Assembly: GCF_009914755.1 (NCBI RefSeq)
Contig: NC_060931.1
Length of the DNA: 64,000 nt
Strand: one strand, 5' to 3'
Source of the DNA: the human T2T-CHM13v2.0 reference genome, Homo sapiens
In this document: positions 13,486-34,028 of the stretch, piece by piece
How positions within the stretch are numbered: the first letter of the stretch is position 1
How the letters are laid out: every line of letters starts with the position of its first letter
Program-made: the position numbers and the translations under genes
The notes under the pieces: model-generated
What the model was told of the DNA's origin: nothing
The model's database searches: none
What the model saw: the letters and a program-made list of their open reading frames with translations, nothing else

Positions 13486-16464
13486 TACATGTTATTTCCT
13501 TTCCTGTAAGAGAAAAATGATGAGAAGGTCTTTTCTCCAATAAGTGTATTCAAAATGTAGCAGACTTGAAATGTGTTGGCGCCACCATTTTGCGTCTCAC
13601 TTTGAAAACTTATTATTAAAAATCGTACTAAAGCCTTACTTTTCCAACCTTAGAAAAAATGTTACAAAGAAAAGGAGTGAAACCATGCTAGTTTGCCCTG
13701 AAATTTGAAATTATCTTGTAAAAATATATTTTTACATTAATTGCTTCCAAAATAGAGATCAGTTGCATACAAATGGCAGGTCACCCTAATCCACCCTATG
13801 ACTGCACTTAGATTCATGAGGAATTGTGCCATCTAGAAAGGGCAGAGAAGAGGAGCCACATGCTTTGATTCTGTTGTCACTGTGTACTTACTGCTAGGAA
13901 GAGGGCATGTTTGTGTATTTTTATGCTAATTATTATGCAAGTTGTTAAGGATTTAGGCTTTCAGAACCATATAAAGGTTTTTTCCTTTCAGATATAAACT
14001 ATCTTGCATTGTTCTTCTGATCATATGAGGGATAAATTTGCCTAAATATTCTTCAGACCATAATGTTATGTCCATATAAATGCCAGTAGCAAGAGTAGAA
14101 TCAACCACAACTGCCTTTGTAATTATTAAAAGCATGTGTGCCTATAAGTAATTGGCATTTTATATAATCAAGAATCTTTGATATAATAATCTCTCAACTA
14201 TTTGAAACATGGCTCACATATATTAATTTTATATGCAAATATATGTATAATATCATTGTATATGAAACTAAATTTTGGACTGTAGAACAGCTTCTTAGAA
14301 TCTTGACTTAAATGTCCACAGTAATATTTGACTGAAAAAAATTTAGCACACTGTCACTATGATGAAAAAATTACTATAAAATTATTTTAAAAATTTTCCA
14401 CCCTAACGTTTAGAACATTCTCACATTTGTGGTTAAAACCTATTGTGATTGTTCCTAGAATTTAGATAAAAAATGTTCCAGAAAGTTTGAAGAGAAGCAC
14501 TTTAGTCAATTTGTATTTGTTCAAGCATGAAGAAATGGCATTTCATTGACATTTTAAAAACTATTCAGATTCCCTCTTTGAATTCAAGTGTTTCAAAGAT
14601 ATCTTATTTTTAAATACCAAAATAGGAATAGAATATGAAGGGCTGGTTATGAGTAATATGATACACTTTTATGAGAGGATGAGATTACAATAACAATACC
14701 TCCTCTCATAGAATAGCCAGCAAGTCTCCACTAAATAACAGTGCCTTGATTTTATAGATGTTTAATCTTGGATATTGAGTTAATGTGAACCATTTGTAGA
14801 CACAGGAGTTTATTAAAGAGTTATATAATATCTTTCAAGTATTTAGAATAGTGTTGAAATTAAGCCTGCATCCCCACGATTTTCAGAGGTGCTGATGCCT
14901 AATAAACTCAACCCCTTGCATGCCAAAATTGGCTTAAAGCCCACCCGTTACCCAAGCTACACTTCAAGCATCAAGGCTCAAAAATGTAATTTTAAATATG
15001 CAAGAGTTTGAGGAATTCACTACTCACACTTTCTTGAACAGTCTATCCAAGTGCATCAAGCAAAATGTGAGTAAAGAAATTTTGACCAAAGGATTGATAG
15101 TAATGTTGAATACTTTTAATAGTAGATCTAAGATTAAAAGGTGAGAGTGAGGGTGAGAAGAGTGTATGAATGCTTTGTGTTCTGACAAAGAGAATGTAGC
15201 ACCCATGTCCTACGTGCTCGGTTGCATTGCCAGTGCCCACGGTAGGCTATTTTATCCCAGTTTTTAGTTTTTTTTGTTTTGTTTTGTTTTTTTCTTTTCA
15301 GGAGAATTAGTCCAAGACCAATAACTCCATAACTGGTAGAATTGGAAGACTTCAATAGTGCTTAACATTTTGTACATAGCTTTATAACAGTTTTCTTTTT
15401 CTTTTTTTCTGAGAGATTCTTTTCAATATACCCAATCATGGTCGAACTCAAAGTCATTGCTTATTTAAAATCTACAACTGCTGACGTTTTGTATCCTTCA
15501 CATTCCAGGTAATTGGTTTTTTTGTGCATTTTCTGTATTTTTCTCCATCAATCTGCCTAGATATTTGTTAGATTTAATATTTTAATATTTTTCTGAAAAA
15601 GTGAGCTTTTGCAGTTTTAAACATATACTCAGTTGTTTTAATTCTGCTTTTTCATGTACTATTTCCTCGTTTTTTTTTTTTTTTTTGATACTATGTGGGA
15701 AGCCAAATAATTTAAAGGAAACTTGGATAGTAAGGACTCAGAGGAACGGAAGTTAGTTGGCTGATTCAGATGTTTGGTGGCATAAGACTCTGTTAGTAAT
15801 CTAGGCAAGCAGTAATGACAGCATCAAGGGAGTGAGGATGGACTGATAGTGTAGAATTTAAGATATAAGGTAGAATTTGCTTCCTTAATGAGTTCAGGTT
15901 TGCGTGTGTTGGGTACAAAAGTTTGATGGGACATCCGTGAAGAGAATTCCAGCCATAAGTAGTTATAAAGGTCTGGAGATCAGGAGAAATCAGAGCTAAG
16001 GGTAGGTATTCGGAGCCATCAGTATTTAGGGAGAAATGGGGCTACCCAGAAAGAGTGAGTGGATTGAAACAGAGGCCATTGATTTCAGACCAAGGTAAAC
16101 AGAAGTGTGCGCTTTGATTTTTACAGGGGGAGGAAAAACCCATAATTGGTGTTTGAGCCTGTGAGAACAGTACTGTGGGCTCCCAGCATGCTTTGCTGGG
16201 TTTGATCTGTTCTAGATGTTTTTATGCTGTCAGTCTGTGATTCTCCTTCCAGACGTGGGGTAGAGTGCATAGTCAGAATATAGCCAGAGCAGCTGACAGA
16301 GGTCAAGATTCATTTTTAAGCAAAGATTCAAGAAGTTAAAAACCACACACAAGTGTTTTACTGGGCATCCTTATCCAACTACCCTATATCTTCACTTTGA
16401 AAATAGTTTAAACATTGCCTGAGAGGACACAGAACTAATAGACTTTTGGAATTCTTCTTTGCAG

Positions 16465-16553
16465 GCCTGTAAATTACTCTCTGATGACTATGAACAAGTG
16501 CGCAGTGCTGCAGTCTAGCTTATCTGGGTTGTCAGTCAGCTCTATCCTGAAAG
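16465..16553 (+). pseudogene. INTS4P: INTS4-like exon (parent ex7, 89 nt, phase 0->2) with premature TAG 16516-16518
   Basis: ctttgcag|GCC TGT AAA...: ACKLLSDDYEQVRSAAV*LIWVVSQLYPE(S), then |gtcagt. Confidence 0.93.
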
Positions 16554-17288
16554 GTCAGTGCGGGTGTAAGCTGGCTTTTGTTGATTGTGAAGCCGTTTTC
16601 CTCTCCTCTCACCATGCAAAAAGCCCACTTCTAGAAAAGAAATGTTGGTTAGATTTTTGGAAGGCAATGGGGAGTAAGGGAAAAGCACAGGCCCTGAAAA
16701 TCAGATTGCCTGGTCCTCATTTTTCATCTCTGATAGGAACTTTCTGTACACCTTCGGAAAGACACTTCTTTTGTCCTAATCTTCTCATCCATAAGTGAAG
16801 AAATTGGAATATCTTTCTTAAATGGTTTTCAGTACTTTACAATAAAATCTTTAAAATTGTTTGGGACCCATTTTAGTTTGGCTTGCGCCAAATGCCAAAG
16901 ATACCAGATGAGTTTGAGAATAATGATCTCTTATGTAGTTTTCCTGGTTAAAAATATTTTCACAGCAATTAAATTAACCACAGTGATTCTTTGAGGAGGT
17001 AGGCAATATTATTTATTATATTTTGTAAGATAGAATATTATATTTATAAATATTTATCTTTTATTTATAAATATTTATAGAATATTTTATTTTTCCTTGT
17101 ATAGGAAAAAGAGGTGTTTTTTCCTCTTCATTAAACTGCCAAAATTTGAAAACCAGAATGGATTAATAAACCTGTAGGAGTAGGCTCCATTTGTAGTAGA
17201 CTCCATTTTAGGACTTAGACATATACAAAGAAAAGGACTAAGTGGAAATTGTCTCTTCTTTTAGGACTGGATTGATAAGTAAGTTTTA

Positions 17289-17607
<319 letters not shown>

Positions 17608-18402
17608 TCAAAAAAAAAAAAGAAGAAGAAGAAGAATTTCAGTTACAGAAGATAATAAACTTAAGGATATGAAATATTCGGTGGAAGCTAGTTTTTGATA
17701 ATTTCATAAATCTTTGAACCTTTGGTGGGTTACGTACTTTTTTTTTAAGGCAGGGTCTTGCTCTGTGGCCCAGGCTGCAGTGCAGTGATGTGATCTCGGC
17801 TTACTGCAACCTCCAACTCCTGGGTTGAAGCAATTCTCATGCCTGAGCCTCCCAAATAGCCGGAATTACAGTTGCGCCCCACCACACCCAGCTCATTTTT
17901 TGTATTTTTAGTAGAGATGAGGTTTTGCCATGTTGGGTAGGCTAGTCTTGAACCCCTGGCTTCAGGTAATCTGCCCACCTCAGTATCTCAGTGTGCTGGG
18001 ATTACACGCCTGGCTGAACCTTTGGTGGGTTACACACTTTTATTCAATACATTGAAAATTTGCACCTGATTGCAGTGGCTCAGCCCTGTAATCCTAGCAC
18101 TTTGGGAGGTGAGGCGGGCGGATTGCTTGATCTCAGGAGTTTGAGATCAACCTGGGCAACATGGTGAACCGTCTCTACTAAAAATATAAAAAATTAGCTG
18201 GGTGTGGTGGCATGCTTTTGTAGTCCCAGCTACTCAGAAGAGTGAACTGGGAGGATCACCTGAGCCCAGGAAGTTGACACTGCGGTGAGCAGTGCTCATG
18301 CCAACTGCACTCCAGCCTGGGTGACAGAAGTGAGACCCTGTCTCAAAAAAAAAGCATAATTTGCAATGCAACTGAAAGAGTTGGTTTGTACTCCTAGAGT
18401 GA

Positions 18403-18687
<285 letters not shown>

Positions 18688-19225
18688 TGAGTAGCTGGGA
18701 TTGCAGACATGTGTCACCGTGCCTGGCTAGCTTTTATATTTTCAGTAGAGAGGAGGTTTCACCATGTTGGCCAGGCTGGTCTCGAACTCTTGACCTCAAG
18801 TTATCCACCTGCCTCAGCCTCCCAAAGTGCTGGGATTACAGGCGTGAGCCATTGCACCCAGACTGTATTTATTTTTTGAGACAGGGTCTTGCTCCGTCAT
18901 CCAGGCTGGAGTGCCGGGGTGTGATCTCAGCTCACTGCAACCTTCACCTCCAGAGCTAAAGTTATGTTCCCACTTCAGCCTCCCAAGTAGCTGGGACTAT
19001 CAGCGCATGCCACCATGCCTAGCTAATTTTTGTATTTTTTTTGTAGAGATGAGGTTTTGCCATATTGCTCAGGTTGGTCTTGAACTCTTGGGCTCAAGCA
19101 ATCTACCTGCCTGGGCCTCCCAAAGTGTTGGGATTATAGATGTGAGCCACTGTGCATGGCCTGAATCTGCAGACTTAGATTCATGTTTTGTTCTAAGTGA
19201 TTTCATTTCTTTTCTTTTAATTTAG

Positions 19226-19346
19226 CATTGTCCCAATTCCTTCTTCTAATGAAGAAATACGCTTAGTTGATGATGCGTTTGGAAAAATTTGTCACATGGT
19301 CAGTGATGGCTCTTGGGTGGTTCATGTTCAGGCAGCAAAACTGTTG
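19226..19346 (+). pseudogene. INTS4P: INTS4-like exon (ex8, 121 nt)
   Basis: tttag|C ATT GTC...: IVPIPSSNEEIRLVDDAFGKICHMVSDGSWVVHVQAAKLL|gtaagt. Confidence 0.93.
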
Positions 19347-19920
19347 GTAAGTTATACTTTTTATGTATGTATGAATGCATGTATATATTTATTTGTTTTC
19401 TTTTCTGTAGAAATGAGGCCTGTGTGGCCCAGGTTGGTCTCAAACTCTTGGCCTCAAGCAGTCCTCCTGCCTCAGCCTCCCAAAAGACTGGGATTATAGG
19501 CTGGGTGCGGTGACTCACACCTGTAATTCCAGCACTTTGGGAGGCGAAGGCGGGTGGATCACGAGGTCAGGAGATTGAGACCATCCTGGCCAACATGGTA
19601 AAACCCCGTCTCTACTAAAAATACAAAAATTAGCTGGGGCATGGTGGCGCACGCCTGTAATCCCAGCTACTTGGGAGGCTGAGGCAGGAGAATCGCTTGA
19701 ACCCGGAGGTGGAAGTTGCAGCGAGCCAAGATCACGCTGCTGGACTCCGGCCTGGTGACAAGGAGGAGACTCTCATCTTAAAAAAAAAAAAAAGGCTGGG
19801 ATTATAGATGTGAGCCACTACACCCAGCCAATAATCCTTTTTTTAAATGAACACATTGCTTGTTAAGTTTTTACAAACATTTTGAGAAACTACAGATGGG
19901 GCAGTGTGACCTGAATTTAA

Positions 19921-20115
<195 letters not shown>

Positions 20116-20412
20116 TAGAGATGGGGTCTTGCTTTGTGCCCAGGCTGGTCTTGAATTCCTAGGCTCAAGTGATCCTTCTGCCTTGGCCTCCCAAATTGTT
20201 GGGATTACAGGTTTAAGCCACTACTCCCAGCCCCAGAATTTCTTAATATAGAAAGAAATAGTTCACTCTCCTGTTCACTTTTAGAACTAGAAAGAATCTT
20301 AAAACATAATTCTATTAACCCTACTAGGAATTAAGATAGCCGGAGCCTAGAGAAAAAGGAAAACAATAAAAAAAAAGTTTTTCCCATTTATTAAGCACTT
20401 GTTATGTCCTAG

Positions 20413-20746
20413 TTCAGGAGGCTCAAACCCCCAGGCTGTGGACCAGTCCTGGTCCATGGCTTGTTAGGAACCAGGCCACACAACAGGAGGTGAGTGGTAG
20501 ATGAGCAAGTATTACTGCCTGAGTGCTGCCTGCTGTCAGATCAGCAGCTGCATTAGATTATCATAGGAGTGTGAACCCTATTGTGAACTGAGCATGTGTG
20601 GGATCTAGGTTTCATGCTCCTTGTGAGAGTCTAATTCCTGATGATCTGAGGTGGAACAGTTTCATCCTAAAACCACCCTGCTTCACCACCCTCTCTGGTT
20701 TCTTCAATGAAGCTGAACCCAGATGCCAAAAAGGTGGGGGACCACT
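20413..20746. mobile_element. MER1B hAT element
   Basis: GTTAGGAACCAGGCCACACAACAGGAGGTGAG...GCCAAAAAGGTGGGGGACCACT. Confidence 0.75.
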
Positions 20747-21336
20747 ATCTTAGATAATTTGAAGGAGGCCCCTTACATATATTTTCTCATTTTCTCTTTA
20801 CAGTAATCCTGCAAGATAGATGCCATTATCCAGTTGGGGCATGGTGGCTCATGCCCATAATCCTAGCACTTTAGGAGGCCGAGGTGGGTGGGTCACTTGA
20901 GCCCAGGAGTTCAAGACCAGCCTGGGCAACACAGCTAGATCCCATCTCTATTTTTCAAAAAATAAAATTTTAAAAAATTTAAGAAAAATTTTTTTAAATG
21001 CTGTTATCATTTTCTAGATGAGAAAACTAAGGCTCTGAGGAGTTAAGTAAGTTATCCAGCTTATACAGACAGAAAATTGTAGAGTGAGGTCAGATCCTGA
21101 TCTTGCATCTTTTAGCCTGGTACTTTTCTGTTTTCTTTTTGAGGACTCAGCACATTTATTGAAAATTTTTAACTTTTGTGGCTCACGCCTGTAATCCCAG
21201 TACTTTGGGAGGCCAAGGTGGGCGGATCACGAGGTCAAGAGATTGAGACCATCCTGGCCGACATGGTGAAACCCCGTCTCTACTAAAAATATAAAAATTA
21301 GCTGGGCGTGGTGGTGCACGCCTCTAGTCCTAGCTA

Positions 21337-21708
<372 letters not shown>

Positions 21709-23209
21709 TTAACTTTTAAGGGATAAAATTGTTTTGTAATAGAGTGTTGGCCTAATAGCCTTATTTTATATCTGTGTTACCTTGTATATGTCACTTGATA
21801 TTAGTCTCAGTTTCCTCATCTGTTAAGTGGGGTTCTAATATCTCTCATATTTACCTGACAGTGTTGTCATGATGCTCAAATGAGATACAGTCTATGAAAA
21901 TGTTTATAAACTAAAAAGTACTATACTATGTAGGGTGGATGGGGGCATAGTATATAACTATATGTGTGTGTAAGTATCTATAAAAATTTGTATACGTGTC
22001 ACAGCAGGAAAATCTGTGATTCTTTTTGGACACTTCCCCTTTGAGTGCCCCCAGCCCTGCCACTCTTGGTGAGACTGTTGGCTGAATGCTTTGTTTCTGA
22101 CTGTACTGGACACTGATCCAGTGATAGCTTTAGTCCTGTGACCAGTATTTATGGGAGTACTTGCTGAAACCTGTGTGAAGCATTTTCATGAGATATAGTA
22201 ATGGATGATTGGAGTATTTCCACTCTTGTGCATATTAGAGTTAAACAAGCCAGCTGTTACTGATTTTATTTCTGAATTCATATTTTAAAACTTTCTTTTG
22301 GGTTATGAATGTTTTAAAATTCAGAACAGTCTAATCATTCATCAGATCCTTTCATTTGGCATTTACAGAGGATCTACAACGAACTCTAGGTGGGAGTGGG
22401 GAAGAGAAAGATGTTTTAGAGGAGTAAATTAATGATATATCTTTACCTGAATAGGCAGTTTTAAAAAGTAATCCTTAAAGTAAGAATCATTCAAAATTTT
22501 CAGTTTTGTACTCTATAGGATCTGAAATTTATTTGCATAAAGTTGTATGTATAACATATGGTACATTGAAAGGATTTCTACTTGAATGACTCTAACTTGA
22601 GTCACATGCCTTGTGTTATAATTCCATGTTAAATCCAAACAGCTTCAAATTATATAAGTAATTATGTTTGTATTCAGAAATAATAATCATTCTTACCTTG
22701 CTGATAATAATAATTACTACTATGTATAGAGTTCCTGGCCTACTAAATGAGGCATTTTTAGTCATACATACACACATAAATACACACATATTCACATATA
22801 AATATTAACCCACTTCTTTATATACAAGCACACATGCCTAACTCATTTGCATACTTTTGCAAGTAACTTTTAATCTTTTTAAACTCTCTGAGGTAAATGT
22901 ATTACTTATAAATAACAAAATTAAAATTTAGGAATGTGGTATAATTTTTCTGAGACCACACAGATAGTAAATGATAGATGAGGACTTCAAACTTCATAAT
23001 CTAAAGCCCATGTATAATCCTTTCCTGGTGAGTATCCAGTTACACATTGGGATTGGCCAGTTAAGGCCCTGCTGGTTTATTAGTATCTCTGTGCAAGCTA
23101 AGAGGTAAAGCTGCCCTACTCCAGCTCTCCAGTAGATGAACCTGTGATCAAGTGATTTGTGTATAATCTTTCATTAAAAATTAATTAATTTTTAAAAATT
23201 GACACATTG

Positions 23210-24579
<1,370 letters not shown>

Positions 24580-24929
24580 AAAAATTGACACATTGTATAT
24601 ATGGGGCACAAGTTGATGTTTTGATACACATCTATGTTGAATATTAATCCAATCAGGATAGTTAGTATAGTTATCACATCATACATTTATCATTTCTTTG
24701 CCATGAACTTTCAACAGCCTCTCTTACAGCTATAATATTGTATATTTTGTAATATACAATATTTTACTGTTAATCATAGTCACCTTTATGTGCAGTTGAA
24801 CACCAGAATTTATTTCTCTTAATTGTGACTTTGTATCTGTTGTCCAGTCTCTTCCCATTCTCTCCTACTCCCTCCCCTCCCCAGTGTCTGCTAACCACTG
24901 TTATACTCTCTGCCTCTATGATATCAATT

Positions 24930-26077
24930 TTTTTCTGAATACTTTAAGTTCTGGGATACATGTGCAGAACGTGCAGGTTTGTGACATAGGTATACATGTG
25001 CCATGGTAGTTTGCTGCACCCGTCTACCTATCATCTACATTAGGTATTTCTCCTAATGCTGTTCCTCCCCGAGCCCCCCACCCTCTGACAGTCCCTGGTG
25101 TGTGATGTTTCCCTCCTTGTGTCCATGTGTTCACATTGTTCAACTCTCACTTATAAGTGAGAACATGTGGTATTTGGTTTTCTGTTCTTGTGTTAGTTTG
25201 CTGAGAATGATGGTTTCCAGCTTCATCCATGTCCCTGCACAGAACATGAACTCATCCTTTTTTATGGCTGCATGGTATTCCATGGTGTATATGCGCCACA
25301 TTTTCTTTGTCCAGTCTATCATTGATGGGCCTTTGGGTTGGTTCCAAGTCTTTGCTGTTGTGAACAGTGCTGCAATAAACATACGTGTGCATGTGTTTTT
25401 ATAGTAGAATGATTTATAATCCTTTGGGTATATACCCAGTAATGGGATTGCTGGGTCAAATGGTATTTCTGGTTCTAGATCCTTGAGGAATCGCCATGCT
25501 GTCTTCCACAATGGCTGAACTAATTTACACTCCCACCAACAGTGTGAAAGTGTTCCTGTTTCTCCACATCCTCTCCAGCACCTGTGGTTTTCTGTCTTTT
25601 TAATGATTGCCATTCTAACTGGTGTGAGATGGTATCTCATTGTGGTTTTGATTTGCATTTCTCTAATGACCAGTGATGATGAGCTTTCTTTCATATGTTT
25701 GTCGGTCACATAAATGTCTTCTTTTAAGAAGTGTCTGTTCATATCCTTCACCCACTTTTTGATGGGGTTTTGTTGTGTTTTTTTTTTGTAAATTTGTTTA
25801 AGTTCTTTTTAGATTCTGGATATTAGCTCTTTGTCAGATGGATAGATTGCAAAAACTTTCTCCCATTCTGTAGGTTGCCTGTTCACTCTGATGATAGTTT
25901 CTTTTGCTGTGCAGAAGCTCTTTAGTTTAATTAGAACCTATTTCTCAATTTTGGCTTCGTTGCCATTGCTTTTGGTGTTTTAGTCATGAAGTCTTTGCCC
26001 ATGCCTATGTCCTGAATGGTATTGCCTAGGTTTTCTTCTAGGGTTTTTATGGTTTTAGGTCTTATGTTTAAGTCTTA
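24930..26077 (-). mobile_element. L1PA7/8-like 3' fragment
   Basis: ORF2 C-terminus ORF 25140-25751(-); 3' end TACTTTAAGTTCTGGGATACATGTGCAGAACGTGCAGG. Confidence 0.9.
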
Positions 26078-30330
<4,253 letters not shown>

Positions 30331-30346
30331 TAAACAAATCTGCATA

Positions 30347-30609
30347 CAGATTGAGTATCCCCTATCCAAAATGCTTGAGACCAGAAGTGTTTTGGATTTT
30401 GTTTTGTTTTGTTTTGTTTTTGGATTTTGGAATATTTTATTTGTATTAGACTTACTTGTTGGGCATCCCAAATCTGAAATATGCTCCAAAATCCAAAATC
30501 TGAAGTGCTCCAGTGAACATTTCCTTTGAGCATCATGTTGGTACTCAAAAAGTTTTGGATTTTGGAGCATTTTGGATTTCAGATTTTTGGAATTGGGATG
30601 TTCAACCTG
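30347..30609. mobile_element. MER46-like Tigger MITE
   Basis: TA|CAGATTGAGTATCCC...GGGATGTTCAACCTG|TA inverted termini. Confidence 0.75.
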
Positions 30610-33563
30610 TATAATCTTTAGATCACCTGTTCAGCAAATCGACAAACACCGAGGACAGTTTCTGTCTGCAACGAAGTTGACAGTCAGGTAGCCAGGGATA
30701 GCTAATCAGTGAATAACAATACCTGGTACTGGTAGGAAAGAGCACCAACCACAACCACAGAAGCCTTCTTGGAGGAGCTGATCTCTGAACTGAGTTTTGA
30801 AGGATGAGTAACTAGGTAGCAATGCAGAGAAAGAGAAAATATGAGCAGGGATATAAAAGCAGTACATTATCATGCATAGCAATATACTAAGCTGCAATAT
30901 CATACTAAACTACAAGCAGTCTAGTGCTTTCTAGTTGGGGGGTAATGTTCAATATAGGGGATCTGTAATGAGGTAAGTTGGAGAGGAAAACAGAAGCCAG
31001 GTTCTGCAACAACTTAGCTTTGTAGCCTCGAGTCTATCTTGCTTAAAAAGTGAATAGTTTCCAATCCCTTTGGCTTATAGCGTATGAAAAATTTTCTGAT
31101 ATGTGTTATATCAGAAAATTCAAAACCATGTAAAAGAGGTTAGCTTTTACTTATTTATAACTGCCCTCTTTGTGGGGCAAAGAAACTTGAGGTCCCAGTA
31201 AGCAGATTCATGGGACTATTTAGAATACAATCACTACTTTTATAAGCCTTAAGAAGTCATTGACCTTGAAAATTACAACATTTTCAGACTGTTAGGTTAT
31301 AGACTTTTATGCCTGTAAGTCTGCCCATGACTGGTCTTTCCCAGGGTAAATGCAGATATTCCTAGTTAGTGGCAGTTTTATGTCTGATGTACTTATCACC
31401 CAGTTGCATAGACTTATGTTATTTATACCAGTTGAGCAGTTTTTGCTCTTCAAGCAGGTGTGATAATTGTTAAATATCTTGTATCTAAATTTCACATACA
31501 TTTAATAAGGCTCTCAAGTGAAATGGTTTTCTCAGTGTTAAGTAAGGTTTTCATAGCATTAACTACCTAAATTTAGGTTGTTAAGTAGTGCTAGTAGTAC
31601 AGTTGGAGAGATTCCATCTTAATCTAAACATATTTGTCTTGGTTAAAGTATACCAGAATGTAGCTTTTTTTCTCATTGGTGAGGTGCACTTTATAATGAA
31701 CTCATTATCTTTTTGGTCCAAATCTGTTTCTCTATGTTTTCGTAAGTGATACTATCATCTGCTAAGTCATGAACCAGAGGAATTTAGGAATAGTTTTTCT
31801 ATGTCTTACATCCATTGAGTCACAACTCATATCAGTTCTTCCTTCTTGACATCCCCTAAATCCATCCCTTCTCCATTTCCACTGGTCCTGCAGTAATAGA
31901 CATCTCACCATTTTTCAAGTGGATTACTATGCTATAGGACTCTGTGTCTGTGGACTTAAAATGGAAAGCTTCACCTATTCTTAGGTGACATTGAAAATTT
32001 ATTTCAAGTAATGATATTTAATTTTGGGGGGCACAAATTTGCATAGTACTCCCTCTGTGCTGCTGTGTTGGTTGAGCGTGCAGCTGAGGGCATTGGAGGA
32101 GGGCACTGGGAATTATGGATGAAGCAACTTACTGTGAAGTCATGAAAACTTTTATTCTAGTAGAAAAAAGCCAACAGCTAATGCTGGTGGTAAAAGTAGA
32201 GAGAGATTTAGGAGGTCTTAAGCGTTTATAGTTCTTATTTATAAAATTGTTGTTGGGATTTAAAAAATGGATGTTAGATATGACATTGACTCAGATCTGT
32301 GTAACAAAAGAAAAAGTGGTTTTGAAACTACTTTAGTCAAAATAGTACAGCAGTTGTTTTTGTGGAATCATAGGAAAGGTGTTAACTTGAGTAAGGACAT
32401 TCCCCAGGAACATGTCATTTTCTATGAAAAATTTGGTTAGAGAAAAGATCTGAGCCTGTATAAGCATTTCCGCATTTATTAACTTAGGAATTAGAGAAGA
32501 TCTCAGATAAATTTCTTAACGTCTAGGACCTGCTCCAACAGCCTCTGAAACTAGTCTTTTTGCTTTCATTTTGATTCCTTATGGTCCATTAGTCATACTG
32601 TTGCAAGATGGGCTTTATGAAATATAAATCTATGTTCTCCCTTACTTAAAATGAGTAAGTTGCCTAATCTCAGCCTCGTTTGTCATCTAGAAAATGGGGA
32701 TGAGAGGTATATGGGATTATTGGGAAGAATAAATTGGAAAAATATAAGTAAAATATTTTATACATTGTTAAGCTCATTAGATGTTTAACAGGGATTATGT
32801 AATAATTATTTATAAGGCAAACCCCTTACTATGGCAAATAAGGCTCTTTATTATCCTATCTCTACTGCCTCATTTTCAGGAGCCCTATCTTACGTTCCAT
32901 TCGTAAAACCACTTAATATTTCCCACTTGGCATTTGCACTGTGATTTTCATTTCTCCAAGTATACCTCTCCCTGCCTGTACCTTAATACTGCTTGTTCTC
33001 TCCATTCCCGTGTCATCATTCATAGATGTGTATTACAGCATTGCATACCTTGTCAGTTTCCCTTACTAGTCTGTGAGATTGTTGAGTGTACAGCTGTTGT
33101 CTTTTTATTTTTGTATTCTTGTTCCTGGTAACTGTAGACATATAATTGAATGGTTGCTAAATATTTGTTTAATTGAATGCATGAATGAATGAACAGATGA
33201 ATGGAAAGAAGAATGAAAAGGAGTGGAGAGTAGTCGTTAAGGGAAAGGATTTTGGAGGCTGGATTTATCTCCTAGCTCTGGAATTTATTCTTTGTGACCG
33301 TCAATATGTTATTTAATCTTTTTGTGTCTTTTCTCCATATATAAAATGGGACTAATATAGTATTTACTTCTCAGGGTTATAGTGAGGATTTAAATGAGTT
33401 AATATACGTCTAAAGCCCTTAGAATAGTACATGACACATAGTGGCCGGGCGTGGTGGCTCACGCCTGTAATCCCAGCACTTTGGGAGGCCGAGGCAGGCA
33501 GATCACCTGAGGTCAGGAGTTTGAGACTAGCCTGCTCAACGTGGTGAAACCCCGTCTCTACTA

Positions 33564-33788
<225 letters not shown>

Positions 33789-33956
33789 TTAGCTGCTGCT
33801 AATATTTTTATTTTCCTGCTGATTCAGAACCCATAGCATCTTTACTGTCATGAATAATATTATCTTTATGCACTTAAATTGGCTATAGACTGAATTTTAA
33901 GATAATGTTCAAATCATAAAAGTTGTTTTATATGCTCTGGATTTTTCTTTTTATAG

Positions 33957-34028
33957 GGCTCTATGGAGCAAGTCAGTTCTCATTTCTTGGAGCAGACCCT
34001 TGACAAGAAGCTGATGTCAGATCTGAGG
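33957..34028 (+). pseudogene. INTS4P: INTS4-like exon (ex9, 72 nt)
   Basis: tttatag|GSMEQVSSHFLEQTLDKKLMSDLR|gtacct. Confidence 0.92.
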
